Both the position numbers and the translations under genes were made by a program. The notes under the pieces are model-generated. The model saw only the letters and a program-made list of their open reading frames with translations, had not been told where the DNA came from and searched no databases. This document shows, in pieces, positions 7,075-14,572 of a stretch of 16,355 bases of DNA (positions within the stretch are counted from its first letter, which is position 1; each line of letters opens with the position of its first letter). Source of the stretch: a virus; the IMG/VR virus record IMGVR_UViG_3300029822_000764, positions 1 to 16,355 of that record. One strand, 5' to 3'.

Positions 7075-8484
7075 ATGAATTTACAAGAATATATAAATTT
7101 ATATTATAGTAATAATCCTTACTGGTTTGTAGAAGAGTGTAATAAACCAATACATAAAGATAGGATTCTTAATATAATTAATATACAAGAATATTTGAAT
7201 GGCAGCCATGCTATATTGAATAGAGCAGATACAGTTTATAATGGTAGAACATTTACAACAACAAAGATTGTATTACAATATGCTAAACCACTTTTAGCAT
7301 TTCAGAAAAGCTTTTTATTGAAGAATCCAGTTACGCTAATATGTGAAGATAAAAATACATTAAATGCCATGAATGATGTATATAAACAAGGCCACCTTAA
7401 TATGGTTGATGATAAGATACTTGATAAGATGAATAAGTATGGATTATGTGCAGAGTATTTATATCTAGATGAAGATAGTAACATACAAAGTAAGATAATC
7501 TTACCACAAGATAGTTACCCTGTATTTACAGATAGCATGGATTATGTGTGCTTTATACAGCACTATACAATAATGGCGAGTGGTATAAGTTACTGGACTG
7601 TATTTTATCCAGATAGTGTATATCAATATGATAACATGGGTGGAGATGGGATATATCTTAGGAAGATAAGTAAGAATCTAAGTGGACTACCTGTACTATA
7701 TATTAAACAAGAGAATGAAGAAGATATGACACAGGGTAGAAGTGATTTAGAGGACTATGTAAATATAATAGATAAAATGGAAGAGTTATTGAGTAAATAC
7801 CATGATAGTTTCTATAAATTCTTAAATCCAATTCCTGTAGTTACTGGAACTAAATTAAATATAGATAAAGATGGGAATGGTGCAGTAGATAAAAATATAG
7901 TGGGTTCCTGCTTACAACTGGATGATGGTAGTAGTTTTAATTTAGTATTAAGTAAGATGGACACTAATTCATTAAAAGAACTATATAAAACGTTGATGAA
8001 TAGTTTATTAGACGTTTCTATGACACCTAGTTTGGCTTTCAATGGTAGTAGTAATCCTGCAAATTTGGCAGAGGAATCAATTAGAATGATGTATACATTA
8101 AGTATTTTAAAGGGCAACATGAGTGCTAATTACTTGAAGGAAGGATATTATAGCAGATGGGAACAGATAGAGAAGTTATTGCAATATAAGGATATTAATG
8201 TGGATGGCTTAATGGATTGTACGTTTAATATGAGTATTCCATCATCTGAAAGTGATATAGTAAATAATATAGTTAATCTTTATAATAATGGCTTGATGAG
8301 TATAGAAAGTGCATTAGAGCATAGTCCATATACGAATAATATAGAAGCAGAAATTAAGGCAATACAAGCCAATAAAGAGAATGTGAGTGATACTCAACCT
8401 GTAGATGGCATAAATAATAATATGGATATCAATAATAGTGGTGAATTACAGAGCAATGATAATAATAATATATCTAATGAATGA
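7075..8484 (+). CDS. Portal protein (SPP1 gp6-like)
   Basis: This 469-aa ORF lies directly after terL. The N-terminal pattern ...IINIQEYLNGSHAILNR... and the Asn/Asp-rich disordered C-terminus are typical of SPP1-type portals. Confidence 0.85.
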   Translation: MNLQEYINLYYSNNPYWFVEECNKPIHKDRILNIINIQEYLNGSHAILNRADTVYNGRTFTTTKIVLQYAKPLLAFQKSFLLKNPVTLICEDKNTLNAMNDVYKQGHLNMVDDKILDKMNKYGLCAEYLYLDEDSNIQSKIILPQDSYPVFTDSMDYVCFIQHYTIMASGISYWTVFYPDSVYQYDNMGGDGIYLRKISKNLSGLPVLYIKQENEEDMTQGRSDLEDYVNIIDKMEELLSKYHDSFYKFLNPIPVVTGTKLNIDKDGNGAVDKNIVGSCLQLDDGSSFNLVLSKMDTNSLKELYKTLMNSLLDVSMTPSLAFNGSSNPANLAEESIRMMYTLSILKGNMSANYLKEGYYSRWEQIEKLLQYKDINVDGLMDCTFNMSIPSSESDIVNNIVNLYNNGLMSIESALEHSPYTNNIEAEIKAIQANKENVSDTQPVDGINNNMDINNSGELQSNDNNNISNE

Positions 8485-8647
8485 TGATTGTTAACTTAAA
8501 ATAATTACAGGGTGACAATTAATGTAAAGTGTTGATATAGGTATGGTTGGATATGTAGGTGTTAAATCGTTGATTTTACTGGCGTGTTAAAGAAAAATTT
8601 AAAAAAAATTTTTGAATTAATTTTAAAAAACAAAATATTAAATAAAA

Positions 8648-8700
8648 ATGATATATATTCAGGAGCATTGATATAATACCTTAATATAGAATGATATAAT
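8648..8700 (+). promoter_or_regulatory. Twin extended -10 promoter candidates (TGATATAAT twice)
   Basis: TGATATAAT occurs at 8669-8677 and 8692-8700, 23 bp apart. Both match the TGnTATAAT extended -10 consensus. ATGATA at 8648-8653 is a possible -35 for the first copy, with an 18-nt spacer. Confidence 0.4.
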
Positions 8701-8812
8701 ATACAATATATGCAATATTATCGCAACTTTATACAATACAAACAAACAACAATATATATTAATATAAATGTAATTTATGGTAATAATAGGTGGAATAATT
8801 ACCATTTTTTTA
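8701..8812 (+). ncRNA. Candidate small RNA (about 105-130 nt) between the twin promoters and an intrinsic terminator
   Basis: The terminator is ATGGTAAT (8777-8784) paired with ATTACCAT (8798-8805), followed by T7. The body contains an unstructured CA-rich tract (ACAAACAAACAACAA). There is no ORF and no RBS-linked start. The transcript is purely predicted. Confidence 0.3.
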
Positions 8813-9062
8813 TGTTTAAAATTGGTAAGTTCATATAATCAATATATAAAAGTGGTGTAGATTCAGTTATATCAATAGTTTGCAAGGTATTTATGTATTG
8901 GTTATAACTTCGCTAAAATTTAATTTAGCGATCTTGTAGCAATTCTTAGATATATTTTATTAAGAAAGCACTACTTTATAAATGTATAAAAACACGTAGC
9001 CATCAAGATAAAATTTTGGTTTTATTTAAAGCAAATTACCCCTTTTTTAAAAAAAGTGCTTT

Positions 9063-9072
9063 TAGTTAACTA
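9063..9072. promoter_or_regulatory. 10-bp palindrome TAGTTAACTA upstream of CDS 9157
   Basis: This is a perfect palindrome centred on GTTAAC. The same 10-mer core recurs at 9532-9541 upstream of CDS 9601. Confidence 0.35.
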
Positions 9073-9156
9073 GATTTTTCACACACCAAAAAAATATAAA
9101 TTTCAGGAGGATTATACCTATATATGTAGAATTATAAATAAAAAGGAGATGTTGGC

Positions 9157-9435
9157 ATGGATGATTATAAAGAATGTATTGAAGAAAGTATACGACAATG
9201 TTTTGATCTACATGATAAAGTTATAGTACTTTATGAAAATACGCTTATGGAAATAAATTTAGATAAAGAAGATGCTTTAAAATATGATGGATATATTGAA
9301 TACAGTAATAATCATGGAAGAATAAATTATCATAGATATGATTTTAAAGAAAAAATATTAGATGCTAATAATAATCTAATACTTATATCTGATGGAGAAA
9401 CAGTTACTACAAGTAAAATCACACATGGTTTTTAA
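9157..9435 (+). CDS. Hypothetical protein, 92 aa
   Basis: AAAAGGAG lies upstream of ATG 9157. The gene is a monocistronic unit with its own terminator. No family is recognisable. Confidence 0.6.
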   Translation: MDDYKECIEESIRQCFDLHDKVIVLYENTLMEINLDKEDALKYDGYIEYSNNHGRINYHRYDFKEKILDANNNLILISDGETVTTSKITHGF

Positions 9436-9453
9436 TGTTTGACTAAAATAATT

Positions 9454-9481
9454 AGGTGCTATAAAATAGCATCTTTTTTTA
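9454..9481 (+). terminator. Rho-independent terminator after 9157-9435
   Basis: AGGTGCTAT (9454-9462) pairs with ATAGCATCT (9466-9474): 9 bp with one G-U, and a 3-nt loop. T7 follows. Confidence 0.7.
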
Positions 9482-9530
9482 TACTCAAAATACAAAAAAT
9501 ATGAATTTCATGACATATATATTTAATATT

Positions 9531-9542
9531 ATAGTTAACTAT
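9531..9542. promoter_or_regulatory. 12-bp palindrome ATAGTTAACTAT upstream of CDS 9601
   Basis: This is a perfect palindrome. Two more GTTAAC sites follow at 9563-9568 and 9571-9576. Confidence 0.35.
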
Positions 9543-9600
9543 TAAATTGCTCTATTATTGATGTTAACAAGTTAACTTAAAAAGAAAGGAATGAAAATAA

Positions 9601-9948
9601 ATGACTAATATAGATAGAATCAAGCTAGAAGTTGAGGGCGTTACTCTTACAGACGATACCCTTGCAATCTACTTACAAGAGAATAACCTCACGCCCAATG
9701 ATGAATATGCTCCAACTAGCAACATAAATAAGAAAAATATATATAGAACTGCACTTTCAATTTTAGAATCAATTGCAAATAATCCTTCATATATGAGGAA
9801 TGTTAAAAATGATGATATGACAATATCTGAATTTAGTAAAAATCTAAATGATAGGATAGATTCCTTAGATAGAAAAATCAGATTAATGTCAACTGATGAT
9901 AATGACAATGGAACTGGAGCATCTTTTGTTTATTTATTTACAGAATAG
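9601..9948 (+). CDS. Putative head-tail connector / adaptor-like protein (115 aa)
   Basis: The N-terminus IDRIKLEVEGVTLTDDTLAIYLQENNL...IYRTALSILESIA resembles gp6/gp15-type head completion proteins by eye. It sits next to the structural Big_2 gene. The functional call is weak. Confidence 0.4.
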   Translation: MTNIDRIKLEVEGVTLTDDTLAIYLQENNLTPNDEYAPTSNINKKNIYRTALSILESIANNPSYMRNVKNDDMTISEFSKNLNDRIDSLDRKIRLMSTDDNDNGTGASFVYLFTE

Positions 9949-9959
9949 AAGGTGATATA

Positions 9960-11672
9960 ATGGTAAATGACTACTTTAGTATAAAAGATACATATAATAC
10001 AATGCTTACTATGTTCTCAAAAGATTTTACAATAAATAATATCATAAAGCAAGGATTATTAAAAGAAATAAATGATACAAATAGTTCGATAGATGAAAAA
10101 TATCTTTTAACTGATACAGAATTATCACAGGGAAATATCATTAAATATAATAATATGAATTATATGATTATTACGAAGAATGAGAATATTAATAATATTT
10201 ATAATAAATACACAATTAGAAAATGCCCATATAATGTAAATTTTGTAATAGGTGGCATCATAAATGCAATTCCTTCGATAATTGAAACAAAAACACTGGA
10301 TTTATCATCTTCACAGTATATTGTATTACCAGATGGAAAAATCGTGGTCACAATAGAAAGAAATGATATAACGAATACCATTAGTGTAAATGATAAATTT
10401 ATAAAGATGGGATTTCCTTGGATGATAACAGCAATAGACAAGTCACTGGAGGGACTTATATTATTACACGCTGATATACAACAAATTGGCTCTGGTGATG
10501 ATATTACTAATGAAATTCCTTCAGGTGCTTCATTGGCTTCATATAGTTTTACAATTACACCTAGTTCAACAACAGTAAGAAAAGGAGATACACAACAATT
10601 AAATGTAAGTGTAAGCAGAAATAACACTGTACTCACTAATCCTAATCTTAAATATTCAAGTAGCAACACTAATATACTTACAGTGTCTAATTCTGGATTG
10701 ATAACAGCAATAGAAGAGGGTACTTGTAATATAACTGTTACCTGTATAGAAGAATATAATTCTGGAAGTACAACAGAAACAGCAACAGTTACACCATTAC
10801 ATAATTATGTATTAAGTGTAAGTCCTACGTCTGTTAGCTTAGATACAGGAAGTACACAACAATTAATTCCTACGGTCACAGATTATGGAATTGATGTCAA
10901 AAATGCTACTTTTTCTTATGTATCAGGTAATACAAGCATAGCCACAGTGTCTAATTCTGGATTAGTTGAAGCCATAGGAGCAGGAAATACAACAATTATG
11001 TGTACTTTCATTGGAGAGGATTCACAGACATATACACAACAAATACCAGTAGGAGTTGAATTGGCTCATATTTATGTATTAAGTGTAAGTCCTAGCAGTA
11101 TTTCTATTGATAATAATAGCACCCAACAATTGACAGCCAGTGTCACAGATAAAGGAATTACTGTATCTAATCCAACAATAACATATTCAAGCAATAATAC
11201 GAGTATAGCAACAGTTAATTCTACAGGTCTTATTACTGCAACAGGTGTTGGGAACTGCAATGTTACGTGTAGTTTTGTGGGTGAGGATTCACAGACATAT
11301 AGTCAAGTAATTTCAACAACAGTTAATGCTGTAGTAGCTAAAACAATTAAATTCTCAACGAATTACAACGGAGATACAGAAGATATTACAAATTATACCG
11401 ACAATGGAAATCCTTATAAAGTATTACAAGGTGATACAATTACAGTTACAGTATACGCATTTCAAACCAGTACACAATCAAATGATACGTTTACATTTTC
11501 TTTTAGTGGTGTAACTGCTAGTTATTACACAAAAACAACACCAGATGGAAACCATTTTACAGTCCATAATGTTAATGGTGATGGAGGAGAATATTTAATG
11601 TGTCAAGCCACAAGTAATTTAGATTCTACACTAAATAGTCATATATGTATACGATTGGCTGGAGAATGGTAA
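9960..11672 (+). CDS. Virion surface protein with three tandem Big_2 (bacterial Ig-like group 2) domains, 570 aa
   Basis: The three repeats are at aa 195-278, 283-366 and 372-456. Each shows the Big_2 signature (..V.P.S.S...G.TQQL...V......N....YSS.N..IATV...GL..A...G...). They are flanked by an unassigned N-terminal domain of about 190 aa and a C-terminal beta-rich domain of about 110 aa. Confidence 0.8.
   Translation: MVNDYFSIKDTYNTMLTMFSKDFTINNIIKQGLLKEINDTNSSIDEKYLLTDTELSQGNIIKYNNMNYMIITKNENINNIYNKYTIRKCPYNVNFVIGGIINAIPSIIETKTLDLSSSQYIVLPDGKIVVTIERNDITNTISVNDKFIKMGFPWMITAIDKSLEGLILLHADIQQIGSGDDITNEIPSGASLASYSFTITPSSTTVRKGDTQQLNVSVSRNNTVLTNPNLKYSSSNTNILTVSNSGLITAIEEGTCNITVTCIEEYNSGSTTETATVTPLHNYVLSVSPTSVSLDTGSTQQLIPTVTDYGIDVKNATFSYVSGNTSIATVSNSGLVEAIGAGNTTIMCTFIGEDSQTYTQQIPVGVELAHIYVLSVSPSSISIDNNSTQQLTASVTDKGITVSNPTITYSSNNTSIATVNSTGLITATGVGNCNVTCSFVGEDSQTYSQVISTTVNAVVAKTIKFSTNYNGDTEDITNYTDNGNPYKVLQGDTITVTVYAFQTSTQSNDTFTFSFSGVTASYYTKTTPDGNHFTVHNVNGDGGEYLMCQATSNLDSTLNSHICIRLAGEW
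10542..11327 (+). repeat. Intragenic tandem repeats encoding the three Big_2 domains (267-nt period for copies 2 and 3)
   Basis: TATGTATTAAGTGTAAGTCCT is identical at 10806-10826 and 11073-11093. GAGGATTCACAGACATATA is also shared by copies 2 and 3. Copy 1 is more diverged. Confidence 0.8.
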
Positions 11673-11711
11673 AAAATAAAAAGGGATATTATTTTGTATC
11701 TAATATCCCCC
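11671..11711. terminator. Hairpin terminator between the convergent Big_2 and rep genes (the U-tract is on the minus-strand side)
   Basis: GGGATATTA (11683-11691) pairs with TAATATCCC (11701-11709): a perfect 9 bp. It is preceded on the + strand by AAAAAATAAAAA, which gives a U-tract for the minus-strand transcript. It may act in both directions. Confidence 0.6.
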
Positions 11712-11812
11712 TAGAACGTCCATAGATGCCCCATATCGTGTTTTAAATTACTTAGACATATAATTATACCTTTTTAAAATTAATGTGTCTTAAAATGGCT
11801 GTATGGATTTTA

Positions 11813-12835
11813 TTACCATCCCAATAATCCTTTTTCTAGTTCTTTAATGTCTTTAGTATCATATTTTCTTTGTTTAAAATTGTCAAATGTGGTGGTCTTT
11901 GTATTCTCCTTTGGTTCATTAAATCCTTTTAAAAGTTCTCTCATATAGCCAATAATATTATCAACATTTTTATTAATAGCATAGTCGTAGCATTTTTTTA
12001 TCAACTCAATATTATTTTTAGAGTCCTCTAGTAAACAAGTGGCTTCAAGTTCTGTAATAGTATGCTTTGTAAATAATGCTTGGACTTCTTTTATTAAATC
12101 CTGTTTTTGTTGTGTTTCTGATGTAACTGCTCCTGCTGCTATTTCATTTTTATTATTCTTTATTGTAAACTTAATACTTGTTACCTTCCGGCCTGTTTTT
12201 ATTTCTTCAAACTTAAAGGATATATCACTTTTATCTAATTCCTTTTGTGCCTGAAGAATAACTTTCCTTTTAAAATCACCATATAATTTATATTCATGTG
12301 GCTCTATACAAAACATAGTTCTTAATGCTTCAATACTTGCGGTTCTTTCTCCAATTCCTTCATATTGCTTTAATAATTCATATATTCTACATGAATAGTT
12401 GCTATTAAATGTTATTACTTTATCTAATGATAACTTTGTAAATCTATTTTTTAACTGCAATAGATAAGGTTTTAATTTATCATCAAAACAGAGTTCAATA
12501 CTACCATCATTAAAATATTCTGCGGAGGATAGCCATTTTGTTTTTAAAATTGAATTCTCCTTTACAATAACTAACTCCCTATTTCTTAAACTGTCTATAT
12601 GTTGGCTTAATTCGTTAAAACTAATTTTATGTTTTGATAAAATATTATTTATTTCAGTTTGCGTAAATCTATAACTTTTAAAGTCAATATCATCTTTACT
12701 TATTTTAGTAGTTAGTATATAAATTAATCTTTGCTCTTGCAGATTTAATTTATATGATGCTTCAATTATATAGTTAGATTTTACCATCAAGGTTTTATAT
12801 TTTAATAAATCACCCCTAGTAACCATTTTTATCAC
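11813..12835 (-). CDS. Rep_3 / RepB-family theta-replication initiator
   Basis: The N-terminus ...VKSNYIIEASYKLNLQEQRLIYILTTKISKDD... is the classic Rep_3 (initiator RepB) signature. The second winged-helix half has SCRIYELLKQYEGIGERT. Iterons lie 60-155 nt upstream. The start is either GTG 12835 or, more likely, ATG 12826 (AGGGTGA RBS). Confidence 0.85.
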   Translation of the reverse strand: MIKMVTRGDLLKYKTLMVKSNYIIEASYKLNLQEQRLIYILTTKISKDDIDFKSYRFTQTEINNILSKHKISFNELSQHIDSLRNRELVIVKENSILKTKWLSSAEYFNDGSIELCFDDKLKPYLLQLKNRFTKLSLDKVITFNSNYSCRIYELLKQYEGIGERTASIEALRTMFCIEPHEYKLYGDFKRKVILQAQKELDKSDISFKFEEIKTGRKVTSIKFTIKNNKNEIAAGAVTSETQQKQDLIKEVQALFTKHTITELEATCLLEDSKNNIELIKKCYDYAINKNVDNIIGYMRELLKGFNEPKENTKTTTFDNFKQRKYDTKDIKELEKGLLGW

Positions 12836-12895
12836 CCTATACCATTTTATATTATGTCTTTTAAGTATGTCAAGTCATATTTAAAGTCATAATTA

Positions 12896-12990
12896 GTACG
12901 AATTGGTCATATTTCAGTACGAATTGGTCATATTTCAGATTATAATTAGTACGAATTGGTCATATTTCAGTACGAATTGGTCATATTTCA
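12896..12990. repeat. Replication origin iterons: four 21-bp direct repeats GTACGAATTGGTCATATTTCA
   Basis: Exact copies occur at 12896-12916, 12917-12937, 12949-12969 and 12970-12990. They form two abutting pairs separated by the 11-nt GATTATAATTA, equivalent to a 53-bp tandem duplication including ATAATTA. A partial copy (GTCATATTT) is at 12874-12882. Confidence 0.85.
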
Positions 12991-13049
12991 GTTAAATAAC
13001 TATAGATATATCAATGGTTTGTGATATGCCTAAAATATTAAAACTTGTT

Positions 13050-13094
13050 GTATATAAAACATATAAAACAACAACAAGGAAGTTTTGTTGTTGT
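13050..13094 (-). terminator. Rho-independent terminator of the par operon (minus strand)
   Basis: ACAACAACAA (13068-13077) pairs with TTGTTGTTGT (13085-13094): a perfect 10 bp. On the minus strand TTTTATATGTTTTATATA follows. Confidence 0.6.
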
Positions 13095-13108
13095 CCTATG
13101 AGAATTGT

Positions 13109-13393
13109 TTATTCTTCTGTAAAATCTAAATTATCAGTACACCAGTTGCACATTAAATTTATTAACTCATTTCGAGAATAACCACTTTTTTTACTTATTG
13201 CAGTAAGTTTTTTCAGTAAATCATTCTCCATATAGACAGGGAATGTCTTTTTATTGGTCTTATCAATTTTCTTCTTTGCTAGGTGAAATTTACTTTCAAT
13301 ATTGATATTATCTTTTGCAATTTGATCTTTATTCTTAATATTAGAGTTAACATTAATATTATCTTTGATACTATCTTTAAAATTATCACTCAT
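13109..13393 (-). CDS. Ribbon-helix-helix partition or centromere-binding protein (ParG/omega-like), 94 aa
   Basis: It lies immediately downstream of parA, with a GGAGGT RBS. A low-complexity Asn/Lys N-terminal tail is followed by a C-terminal RHH pattern: FPVYMENDLLKKLTAISKKSGYSRNELINLMCNW (beta strand, helix, helix). Confidence 0.65.
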   Translation of the reverse strand: MSDNFKDSIKDNINVNSNIKNKDQIAKDNINIESKFHLAKKKIDKTNKKTFPVYMENDLLKKLTAISKKSGYSRNELINLMCNWCTDNLDFTEE

Positions 13394-13460
13394 TATAAAA
13401 TATTACCTCCATAATCTAATATTATACATTGATATTACATATTAATATGAAATATTTATA

Positions 13461-14216
13461 CTATGAATCTATCCTATATAATAACTCATAATATAAATCA
13501 TTAAATGGTTTACCATAAGTCATATTATATTCTTGAATTGTTTTATGTAATGCCACTGATTCTTTATATTTTACACTATCATAAATTATTGTATCAAACA
13601 ATTTAGCTTTTAATTCTTCTTGTAATACTTCATTAAATTGTTTATTAAATAGGGTTCTTTTTTTAAATCTATTTCGCAGTATTCCTAAGAGTTTTAAATC
13701 GTCAATTAATCCATTTTCTTTTAAATTATTTACCACTTTATCAACCATGTTTAGTCCCTGTAATGCTGATGTGCTATTGTCTATTATTTCAATATAATAG
13801 TTACTCATGACCAATGAATTTTGAACTGTTATTCCTAAGAATGGACTATTATCTATAAGAATATAATCAAAGTCATTGTCAAACTGGGCAAACTTGTTTT
13901 TCAGGATGCTTTCCCTATTTCTTTTGTTGTATAACTCATTTTCAAGTATGGCACTGTCAATAGTATTGCTTATCACATAGATGTATTCATTATAGATACT
14001 AATACAATCATTAAAGGTAACTTTAGGATTAGTATATAAATCATACATATTATATTGGCTATTTATATTGAGTATTTGAGTTATGTTACTTTGACTATCA
14101 TTATCTAGTATTAATACTTTACGTTTTAATTTTGACATAGCTCCAGCCAGATTAATTGTAGATGTGGTCTTTCCAACTCCACCCTTAACATTCAGTAATG
14201 TTATTATTACACTCAT
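13461..14216 (-). CDS. parA: ParA/Soj-family partition ATPase (type Ib size, 251 aa)
   Basis: It has the deviant Walker A motif LNVKGGVGKTTSTINLA and then VLILDNDSQSN. Walker B-like ILIDNSP is also present. Confidence 0.9.
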   Translation of the reverse strand: MSVIITLLNVKGGVGKTTSTINLAGAMSKLKRKVLILDNDSQSNITQILNINSQYNMYDLYTNPKVTFNDCISIYNEYIYVISNTIDSAILENELYNKRNRESILKNKFAQFDNDFDYILIDNSPFLGITVQNSLVMSNYYIEIIDNSTSALQGLNMVDKVVNNLKENGLIDDLKLLGILRNRFKKRTLFNKQFNEVLQEELKAKLFDTIIYDSVKYKESVALHKTIQEYNMTYGKPFNDLYYELLYRIDS

Positions 14217-14281
14217 ATAATATCACCTACCTTTAATGATTATTATATATTATATAAATGAAGATGTAAATATATATTATA

Positions 14282-14316
14282 ATATTACATATTAGTATTA
14301 AGTATTAGTATTAAAA
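14282..14316. promoter_or_regulatory. Candidate par operator or centromere boxes upstream of parA
   Basis: AGTATT occurs three times, at 14294, 14301 and 14307 (6-7-bp period). The 13-mer ATATTACATATTA at 14282-14294 is repeated exactly at 13432-13444, upstream of the RHH gene. Confidence 0.3.
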
Positions 14317-14572
14317 TATTATTAGCGACATATTTTTTAACTTCATAGAGCCATTTTAAGCCACTTCTATTTTTAGGCATACAATTACACTACTTCAAAT
14401 TTTAAGGCACGTTAAATGCGATTTTTTGAGAAATGGACACTTGAAAAACGCTGATAAAACCGTATTCTTAAAAATCAAAAAATCAGGGGTGGATAGTCAT
14501 AAAAAATAAAATTCTAACGGTTTAGAAATGTGCTGAAACTTATAAGTTTACTGGGCTTTTTAAGTAATTATT

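Noticed and set aside
11712-11812. Possible attachment site, integrase remnant or tRNA in the spacer between the Big_2 and rep genes.
   Set aside because: There is no integrase or recombinase ORF anywhere on the element, no tRNA-like cloverleaf that I could fold by eye, and no flanking direct repeats. The only notable feature is the CTTAAAATGGC motif reported separately.
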